Below are positions 55,879 through 64,000 of a stretch of 64,000 nt of DNA, in pieces (the stretch's first letter is position 1; each line of letters begins with the position of its first letter). A program made the position numbers and the translations under genes. Source of the stretch: Bdellovibrionales bacterium (GTDB lineage: Bacteria; Bdellovibrionota; Bdellovibrionia; Bdellovibrionales; UBA1609); NCBI GenBank assembly GCA_965219095.1, contig CBDCMT010000001.1:1056001-1120000 (forward strand), in the 5' to 3' direction. The notes beneath the pieces are model-generated. The model ran no database searches. It saw only the letters and a program-made list of their open reading frames with translations, and was not told the DNA's origin.

Positions 55879-57761
55879 ACCCGAGTTTCGACTTTTTTCC
55901 TGACTTCGACACAACACACTGCAATAAGTGAATAATTTCAAATAGTTACAATTTTTGGGGCCACAGGAAAGGGTAACTGTCAGATCATATAACGTCTATT
56001 ACAGTTAAACAAAGACAAGGTGTTCTCAGATACCTTTTTCTTCGAGGTCTCAATAAAAGGATAAAAACGATCCATAGCCCTATAAACTTTCTCTAAAGGA
56101 ATCTGTCGGTTAAAATCTTCAAAAAGTGTTTCTACACTACCTCTTTTTGATTCTGGATTAAAAACTCTTGATAAAACACAGTGCTTTAAAATATCATTCC
56201 ACTCTAAATCTTTCTTTGTACCCTCAATCAAATTTACAAAACCTAACTCAGCATAAAGCTCATTAAAAACTTTCTCAATACCACAAACAACACGCTTTTT
56301 CTCCTCTAAAATACTGCCTGAAAACTGGAAATCTTTCTCACTCTTTTTTTTCTTCTCTTTCTTCTTCTCCTTAGGCCTTCTACCATAAACTAGCTTCTCA
56401 CAACCTGGAAGCACAGGATTTCTTTGATTCTTAATGTCTATGATCAACTCTTCTGCTAACTTCTTAGCTTTTTTAACTTCCTTATCGTTTGCAAAAATAC
56501 CCATAGAACGAATGGTCTTTTGTACGCACTTCCCCTTAAGCCAAACAGACTCTACAATCCGTACACTTTTTTTACCTTTAGACTTTGATGTTACTTTTAC
56601 AAACATTCTTTAAAAAGGCTAAACAACTTTTGCAAACTTGTAAAATGGACCGGGGCCACAGAAACAACCTAAAACCTGTGTATAACTCCTTCAACTAAAA
56701 GCTAGAACCAAAAGAACGGAAATATTTTTTTTTAACTCACTGTGTTGTGTCGAAGTCAGGACTTTTTTCAGGTCTAAAGGCTAGCTGATATAAACAAACA
56801 TCTCAGTTCTTTGATAAGATGTCTTGAAGAAGCAACTTACAAGGAGGTCTAAGATGTTTAATTCTAATTCTAATTATATCATATCAATTTATGTTCTTGT
56901 CGATGATTTTTTAACCCCTCTCATACAGCAGCATCCAGAACTAGTTTGCTAAAAATAAAAGAGGTTTTTCTTGTGCTATGTCTTCCAGCGAAATTATCAC
57001 TCTTTGCTTACTTTTCCAAAGTTCTGTCTTTAGGAATTTTAAAGCCTTTTATCAGTTTGCAGAAGTCTATCTTAAACCTTATTTTCCTAAAATGTTGTCT
57101 TACTCCCGATTTGTGAACATAAAAAAAGACATGGCTTTTTTGATGTTTCTTTTCTCGACAAGCCTTATGAGTAAAACCACCGGCATATCATTTATTGATT
57201 CCACATCGATTTTTCTTCAAAAATAAAAGAATAGGACGAAATAAGGTGTTTCAAAAGTTAGCTAAAAAAAGGTAAAAGGAGTCACAGGCTGGTTCTTCGG
57301 ATTTAAACTCCATATTGTTATCAATCACCTAGGAGAGCTTTTAAGTTTTACCTTAACTCCGGGAAATGTAGATGATCGAAAGCTGAGTTATGGATTTATA
57401 GTAAAGGGCTGGTGGGGAAACTCTTTGGAGACAAAGGTTATATTTCATCAGACCTTTTCAAAAAGCTTTTAAAAAAGGGAGTTAAGCTTATTACAAACGT
57501 CAAATTAAATATGGAGAATAAATTGATTCCCTTATTTGACAAGTTGATGTTGAAAAAACGTTCTGTTGTGGAGGTCAGTGATTGGAGTGTTAAAAGGAGA
57601 GTTTCATCTTGAGCATTCTCGCCATCGTAGCCCACAAAACTTTGTCATCAATCTTTTAGGTACTCTCATCTCCTATTGTTTAAAACCTAAAAAACCCTCC
57701 ATTCAACTTAAAACTCAAGAACAGGGGCCTCTGAGCAATATATAAAAGTCGAAACTCGGGT
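55879..57761 (+). mobile_element. IS982-family element, degenerate, carrying IS1634-A in its left end
   Basis: TIR ACCCGAGTTTCGACTTTT; fragments FIDST, GWFFGFKLH, FGDKGY. Confidence 0.85.
55899..56760 (-). mobile_element. IS1634-A, internally deleted copy with an IS481 end inside
   Basis: both 20-bp TIRs; 8-bp TSD ACTTTTTT; 5' third of the transposase; IS481 terminus at about 55968-56003. Confidence 0.9.
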
Positions 57762-57762
57762 T

Positions 57763-58007
57763 ATAAATTAAATTGCGTAACTGATTTTTTTCATTTTACA
57801 TCTTAACCTCACTTTTTTACACTTATTTTAACCCATCAATCGATTCACACAACAATAGATATACATAAAATAAACATATCTTATGAAAACTCAACCTCCC
57901 TTCAAAAAAAACTTTTTTAAAGCCTCCTAATTGAAACTTTTCCTTAAGTCAATTTTAAAATTTTAAATTTGAACATAAAAATGTCGAATTAATTTCTGTA
58001 ATTGGTA
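57763..58007 (+). mobile_element. IS630-A right-end remnant
   Basis: matches 37016-37260. Confidence 0.9.
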
Positions 58008-58129
58008 TAAGGAGCCCTGTTCAGTGTATGACAGCAGGAAATCATCACAGGACTTTGAATCCCTTCCTATTTTAAGTTACAGGGTGTTTTTTGTTTATTT
58101 TGTCCTAAAATCCTGCTGAGTTATAACTA

Positions 58130-58225
58130 GTGTTCTGACCAGTAATTTTTTTCACAATTTTCAAGCCTTTAATCCAGGTCATTTTAAAAGAATCTGTGGG
58201 TTCCCGGAGGTTCTTTTGAGAAGGC
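58130..58225. repeat. solo IS630-B TIR fused directly to a partial 48-bp palindrome
   Basis: GTGTTCTGACC...TCATTTT (58130-58185) followed by AAAAGAATCTGTGGG...GAGAAGGC. Confidence 0.85.
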
Positions 58226-58377
58226 CAAAAATTTTATAAAAAATATAGTAAAAAAGTTAGTTGAACTTTTTTAATTGTCTTACTGTATAAAAAATGATAA
58301 TAATGATGAAAAAATAATTGCGCTGGGTGTTTCAGTTAGTTTCAGAGGATAAATACGATTTTAAGGAATACAATTTT

Positions 58378-59470
58378 ATGAACTTTAAAACCTTCTTGTT
58401 TGCTTTAAGCTTTTCAGTTTTTTTCTCATTCTCGCAGTCCACTTTTTCACAAACTCATGTGAGTTCAGACCAACTCACCGAAGCTATCAAAGAAGCTCGC
58501 CTCACAAATCCAGAACTTCGGTACATCAAAAACTTAGCTAAAAGAATGGGAGTCCGGGTCTGGCTTTTGGGAGGATCAGCCTCCAGCTTAGCTTACTATG
58601 TGAAAAAGGATCTAGAACGAAAGGAAAATGAGAACAAGGGCTGGTTTAAACCCCAAAAAGAACATTTCGATTACGACTACACAAAGATCTTTTTTCCCAC
58701 TCAGGATATAGATTTAGTCGTAGAAGGGGGGTCAGAGGAAAAAGTCTCAAGGCTAGAAGAAGAAATCTCTAAAAAGTTTCCCTACTTTCAAGGAAATAGC
58801 AATAAAAGTGCTTGGGAGGTAAGGCCTTTAAGAGAATCAAGAGGTCCAAAGGCACCTTTATTGGAAGGAGATGTATTAAAACAGCATACCGATTCTTATT
58901 CTGTGATGATGATAGAACTGAGCGAATCTAAAGATCCTGTAGTAAGAAGCATCAAGGAGTGGGATTCCAGAAACCCTTCCCTTTTAGAAGATCTTCTAAA
59001 AGGAGAAATAAGCTATTATGATTCAAAAAATCATAAAGAAACTCAAAGGTACAACGAGGGTATGAATCCTGAGATCTTTTCAGTCATCCGTTATTTGATT
59101 AAAATGTTTCAGTATGAACTAAAGCCTAAAAAAGAAGATTTAGAAAGGATTAAAGAAATTATAAATGAATTTTCAGCTTCAGAATTAAAAACAGGTTATG
59201 CGAAGTTCTGGTGGGAGATGAATGTAAGAAAATTATTTATGCAAAATTCTGATCTAGAGAGAACTTGGAGAGTGCTTGATGAATTAGGTTTAAAAGAAAA
59301 GCTCATAAGCCTGGGAGGAAATAAATGGGAAAAAGGAAGTCTTACTTTTTGGCTTCATAAAGAACCTTTAAGAACTAAGAAAATAGGAGAAGGAGAAGGA
59401 AGGACAGCTAAGGATCTGGGAATAGAGATCGTATCTCATGAAACAAGTGATTTCGAAGCTTATGAAATTA
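58378..59470 (+). pseudogene. signal-peptide-bearing nucleotidyltransferase (CCA/poly(A) polymerase-like), 3' truncated
   Basis: MNFKTFLFALSFSVFFSF signal; VWLLGGSA and DIDLVV motifs; frame runs into the palindromic repeat at 59471. Confidence 0.6.
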
Positions 59471-59518
59471 GCCTCCTCAAAAGAATCTGTGGGTTCCCGG
59501 AGGTTCTTTTGAGGAGGC
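59471..59518. repeat. 48-bp palindromic repeat, full copy
   Basis: identical to 35744-35791. Confidence 0.9.
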
Positions 59519-59742
59519 AAATTTAATTGCTTGCTGATCTCTCGCAAAAGATGCACCCCCCCAACACCTACAGAACTTATAGGATGTTTGTTCAACTTGG
59601 CTTCAAGCTTCCCCGTAGATTGATTCTTCTTGCCCAAATAAACTCTTCTCTGACGAGATTGTTTTTTTTCTTTGTCCCAGTAACTGCTTATCTCATACAC
59701 ATAGATGCTTCCATTTCTTTTCTCTTCATACCTATAAGACAT
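59519..59742 (-). pseudogene. N-terminal fragment of a third IS1634-type transposase
   Basis: GSIYVYE..SYWDKEKKQSRQRRVYLGK; truncated at the palindrome; TTGACA and a palindrome upstream. Confidence 0.7.
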
Positions 59743-60489
59743 AGTTCAAATTGAACTATGTTTTAGGGGCTTTGTCAACTCCCTGTTGATGACTCAAAAC
59801 TCTTAACGACAGGATCAAATTTCAATCCAAAAACAGAGCCTATGAAAAACATAGCTTTAAAAAGACCTATAAAAATAGTGTGTTATAAGTTCTCCAGAAA
59901 AACTCAATGAGACTAAATTAACTCGTTCTTATGATTTATCAGGAGTATTCTGTTGAAAAAAAACAGGCTCTTAGTCCTGAAACCTAGTATCAAAATTAAC
60001 AGATTTCAGGAAGCATAGGCAAGAGTATTTATCTCTAAAAATTCTATAAAATCCTACTTTTTACAAGGGGGAATAAGAAATTTTCCAGATTCTGAGCAGA
60101 ACTTAAATCCTAGTGTATATTTTTTGTCGGGAATTTAGGTCATTAGTATTTAAGAATCAAGGCAAAATACTTTCGTTGTTGCTTAATGGAAGTTCGATAC
60201 ATCCAAAGTACTGAAACGACTATTTTATCTTTAAAAAAAGATTTCTGACACTACAAACTTACTTTCTGGAAAAATGCCCTCCACTTCTATTTTAAACATA
60301 GCTTACGTACTTTTATGTAGTATTAGTAGTAGAAAACGCTGAAGTCGGGTTTAAACTGAGTTTTTTTTATGATTTTTAGTGGGAAAATTGTAGTACCAGT
60401 TTTTTAATCACTCTGTGCAAGAATTTGCTTCCCATGCAGACTTTTTTAAGTGAACGAACTATCATAGGAAAGCTTTTTTGAAGATACTG

Positions 60490-63400
60490 CTAAAAAATTT
60501 TGTTACAGACTCCTCCTCCTACACCATTTATAATATTATTAATTTTTTCTTCATTGAGCGCACCTTCCTTTAAAAGAGCTTGAGTAAAAGCTTCTACTGT
60601 TTCCTTTTTTTCATCTAAAATTTTATTAGCTACTTCTTCCGCCTCTTGAAATATTTCTGATCGAAAGTTCTTAAAATTCTTTTTCTTTCTCCATGAAGAG
60701 TTCCCTGCAGCACCAGACTCATAGAATTTCTTTGTGACCTTTTGAGCTTTTTCGTAATCATTAGACATTCCTGTATCATAAGGATAACCAGCTCTCTTTT
60801 GGCTGATTCCTCCAGCTAAAAGTTGAGCTACTAGTATGACAAGAGCCTCTCTATCAAGATTTAATTTAGGAATAGAAGAGTTTTCCTCTTCATATCGTGC
60901 ATAACCTGCAACATCACCTCCAGGAATGATAGTAAGATAAACTAATTTTTGGCCTGTTATGTGGGGATCATTGAGAACAGCATGCCCTGCTTCATGATAA
61001 GCTACTATTTTAGCCTCTTTTTTTCCGAGTAGTATCTTCTTTGTAGCATTCTGAGTTACGTCTAATGTTTCTTGGAAAAGCTTTGTGTTTTTAGAAGAAA
61101 CTTCTGCTGTAAAACTTACTTTTCTTTTAAAGTCTTTACCTTCGACATAAAAGGTTTTAGGAAGATTATCTTCCAAAGATAAGGTGATTGTAATAGAATC
61201 ATTTTGTTTATTTTCCTGGGTTAATCTAAATCGAGCTTGAGTAATAAGAGACTTGATTTGTTGGTCAACAACATTTTTCAAACTCCGGCCCCCTTGGCCT
61301 TGAGTAAAGAAGACTTCTGAAAAGGAATTTAAAAATTCCTTACTATAATTGATTTTGCCTCCCCATTTTTCAGTTTCTTTTTTAATAGGTTCTAAGAACT
61401 TTTCAACAATGACATTTACTTCGCTTGTTAATAAAGGCTTGTAAAGAGCAATGAGAGACATCCTGCTTAAGAAAGCTTCTGGAACCCCTGCCTCTAAGAG
61501 AAGCTTTCTTAATTGCTCTGTCTCTTTAGCCTCTTCCCAAATAGCTAAGCGCAGGTCCTCGTGGCTGACACCTTGAAAAATCTTTTCTCCATCATTTCCT
61601 GTAAAAATAAATGTATATTTTGATAGGTTATAAGTTTGATCTGTTACATTGGAAGTCCATTTTCCCTCATCGGTTAAGTTATAAAAATGTTTCATTATAG
61701 TTTCTTTTAAGTGCTTATCATAGCCTCCTGCATTAGAAGCTTCATCAAACACAATAACGCCACCAGTTGGATTGTTTCTCAGAGCTCGCTCAAAAAGACT
61801 TTCCCTATCTGAGCCTGCAAATCCTTTGGGGGAGCCAAAAATATCGTTCATTTGTCCTGTGTACGTTATGTTTGAAAGAGGTATAATGACAGCTCGCTCT
61901 TCACTTCCGTGAAAAATCTTAGCTATAACACGTGCTGTTTCTGTCTTTCCTGTACCTGTGCTTCCTAAAAGAAAGAAACTTAGAGGCTTCTTATTATTTG
62001 TGAAGCTTTTATGAGCTAAAATAGCTTGGCTTATCTTCTCAGCAAGCTCATCCTGACCTATAAGACTTTTTGTAAAGATCTCTTTAAAATGAATCAGCTT
62101 ATTTATGAATTCTTGGTTCTCAAAAACATCTTTAAATTTCTTTTTAGGAGCTGATGAAAGAATCTCATCTCCTCCTTTCTTTCTCTTAGATGAAACTTTA
62201 ACCTGACTTCCTTTTTCTAAAAGGCTGATCTGAATTACTTCCTGATCCTTTAAACTCCATTGAGAGCGAAAGTTGACGATAGCTTCTCCAATGTATTTTT
62301 CTAGATTTTTGATAACAATACGTACACCGTTTTGTGGATTAAAAACATTTTTCACAAGATATTCTATTAATTTATCATCAATCTCTAATTTTATTTTAAA
62401 AGTTTTTTCTGTATCTTTGATTATTTGATCAGCCTTTTTTCTTGCAATTCTCAATGCTAAATTTAAATCAATAGGATTAGCAATGATATAAGAATCCACT
62501 CTTTCAAGAATAAGGTTAGGGAGTTGAGCTGTGTCAAGTCCGTTAACTTTTTCCCTAAAGATATTTTTTATCATAGAGGGATTGTCTTTAAGAAGAGTTA
62601 TATGTTCATTCCACTCTCTTTCGGTCCAGTTTTTCATCCCTTTAGGAAATAAGACATTATCTCCTCGGTTGCTTGTTAAAAGAATAATGACGTTGTTCGC
62701 CTTTCTTATCTTCCCATCAGCACCTGTAATCGTTCCTGTATCGAAAAATTCCATAAATTTTTCCCAAAAATCTTTATGAGCTCTCTCTGCTTCATCTATA
62801 ATAATAATACCTCCTTTGCCTCCACGAGCTGGATCATCTAACCAATTCATAAGCTCTCCTGAAGTTTTATCAGAAGATATAACTCCCGGTGGTGCTCCCA
62901 ATAAAGCATTAAGAGAGAGGCTTCCATCTTTATATGTGTTGGCGTCAATATGCATCACTGGATTGTTTGCAGAAGGGAAAGCTAATTGAGTAAACTCTTT
63001 AGCAACCATGGTCTTTCCTACTCCTGTGGAACCTAGTAAAAGACCTACCCTGATTCTACGTTCTTTATCCTGGATGTTCTGAAGCCATAAATTAACAATA
63101 TCATTGATCATATGACTCTGACCGAGAACTTCTTCATTTAACTTCTTTTTTAAATCATCAGCATACTTTGCAAATCTTACCCCATCTCTAGGATCAGCAG
63201 GTAGATCATATCTTTTAATTAAAAAATCTGAAAAATCTTGCTTTGTAATAGAGACAGTCTTCTTATTTTCCCCTTTCCTTCTTTGAACAAAAATAGCTAA
63301 GTCCATAAGAGCTTTTATTGAAGCACTCACTCTTCCATTATCCGGAACAATAAATAGTGATTCCTCCACAACTCTCCTAATGACTTCATTGTCTTCGAAT

Positions 63401-64000
63401 TCAACCTGATATTTTCCTTCTATTTTGGGAATCCAAGAAAACTTTAAAAGCTCCATGACCTCTTCAACATTGAACTCAGGCACTGCAACCTTTTCAAAAC
63501 GACGTTTAATAGCATCGTTGTCTTTAAATTTAGCCATAAATTCTTTTGAGGTTGTCGCTCCTATAAAATGAATGCCGTTACGCTCAGAATCTAAAAAAGG
63601 CTTCAAAGATTCAACTTGAGATTTACTTAATGTATGGACTTCATCTAAAAATACAATGATGGGTTTTTTTGTAGCTTCTTGAATGGCAAGTACAGCTTTA
63701 AAATAATCTTCTATAGCAGCGGCTTGTGCAGAGGAGCTATCCGACAAAGCTATTTTAGAAATACGAGCTGGTGATGTAGAAAGCAGTTCAGCTTTTCTTA
63801 AATAATCATAAAAACTCAGATCAGGGAATTCTTTGTCTATGATCATTTGTGTTATCTTTTCAACAACAGTGGTTTTTCCAGAACCTGCCGGACCGATAAG
63901 AATGGGGTTTTTTCCTTTCAACCTCACAAGAATGTCAATTGTATGATTAGCTTCCTCATTTCTTCTATAAATAGTACGCTCAGGAGAATTTCTTTGGATA
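60490..64000 (-). CDS. Clp-like protein with three AAA+ modules and a C-terminal FtsH-type (M41) metalloprotease domain; 5' end beyond the window
   Basis: Walker A GPAGSGKT, GSTGVGKT, GSTGTGKT; Walker B FLDE, IIDE, VFDE; AYHEAGHA and GMSND; frame open to the window edge. Confidence 0.85.
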   Translation of the reverse strand, partial: IQRNSPERTIYRRNEEANHTIDILVRLKGKNPILIGPAGSGKTTVVEKITQMIIDKEFPDLSFYDYLRKAELLSTSPARISKIALSDSSSAQAAAIEDYFKAVLAIQEATKKPIIVFLDEVHTLSKSQVESLKPFLDSERNGIHFIGATTSKEFMAKFKDNDAIKRRFEKVAVPEFNVEEVMELLKFSWIPKIEGKYQVEFEDNEVIRRVVEESLFIVPDNGRVSASIKALMDLAIFVQRRKGENKKTVSITKQDFSDFLIKRYDLPADPRDGVRFAKYADDLKKKLNEEVLGQSHMINDIVNLWLQNIQDKERRIRVGLLLGSTGVGKTMVAKEFTQLAFPSANNPVMHIDANTYKDGSLSLNALLGAPPGVISSDKTSGELMNWLDDPARGGKGGIIIIDEAERAHKDFWEKFMEFFDTGTITGADGKIRKANNVIILLTSNRGDNVLFPKGMKNWTEREWNEHITLLKDNPSMIKNIFREKVNGLDTAQLPNLILERVDSYIIANPIDLNLALRIARKKADQIIKDTEKTFKIKLEIDDKLIEYLVKNVFNPQNGVRIVIKNLEKYIGEAIVNFRSQWSLKDQEVIQISLLEKGSQVKVSSKRKKGGDEILSSAPKKKFKDVFENQEFINKLIHFKEIFTKSLIGQDELAEKISQAILAHKSFTNNKKPLSFFLLGSTGTGKTETARVIAKIFHGSEERAVIIPLSNITYTGQMNDIFGSPKGFAGSDRESLFERALRNNPTGGVIVFDEASNAGGYDKHLKETIMKHFYNLTDEGKWTSNVTDQTYNLSKYTFIFTGNDGEKIFQGVSHEDLRLAIWEEAKETEQLRKLLLEAGVPEAFLSRMSLIALYKPLLTSEVNVIVEKFLEPIKKETEKWGGKINYSKEFLNSFSEVFFTQGQGGRSLKNVVDQQIKSLITQARFRLTQENKQNDSITITLSLEDNLPKTFYVEGKDFKRKVSFTAEVSSKNTKLFQETLDVTQNATKKILLGKKEAKIVAYHEAGHAVLNDPHITGQKLVYLTIIPGGDVAGYARYEEENSSIPKLNLDREALVILVAQLLAGGISQKRAGYPYDTGMSNDYEKAQKVTKKFYESGAAGNSSWRKKKNFKNFRSEIFQEAEEVANKILDEKKETVEAFTQALLKEGALNEEKINNIINGVGGGVCNKIF

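Noticed and set aside
35744..59518. Palindromic repeats as a CRISPR array
   Set aside because: The copies are kilobases apart, with no regular spacers and no cas genes.
59368..59526. Overlapping convergent CDS pair
   Set aside because: Both frames simply read through the palindrome at a deletion junction.
60490..64000. Calling this clpB or ftsH
   Set aside because: Three AAA modules, no ClpB middle coiled coil and a fused protease domain fit neither gene.

Overview
AT-rich bacterial chromosome window, most likely from a Bdellovibrionota (Bdellovibrionales-like) genome. This is inferred from the FQNC-type lipoprotein, the zapA-ygfA-rny-tyrS order, and many secreted hydrolases and orphans. 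Housekeeping blocks are slt/mltD, an M32 carboxypeptidase, ferredoxin-tyrS-rny-ygfA-zapA, exbBD/tolQR, a PD40-M28 peptidase, IHF, gcvP, a subtilisin, envC-ctpA-fur-uvrA-lgt and an amidohydrolase. They are interleaved with a very heavy, often nested load of insertion sequences (IS1634, IS630, IS66, IS5, IS481, IS982 and remnants) and pseudogenes. Highlights: (1) a Clp-like protein with three AAA+ modules fused to an FtsH-type M41 protease domain; (2) a signal-peptide-bearing CCA/poly(A)-polymerase-like nucleotidyltransferase; (3) a C-terminal C-x-x-x-F-stop motif shared by two unrelated proteins; (4) a 48-bp palindromic repeat found at gene and IS breakpoints; (5) a 194-bp target duplication around a triple-nested IS1634; (6) an IS630 that appears to duplicate TNA rather than TA. 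No rRNA, tRNA or CRISPR array was seen. All family calls come from motif recognition by eye, not from database searches.
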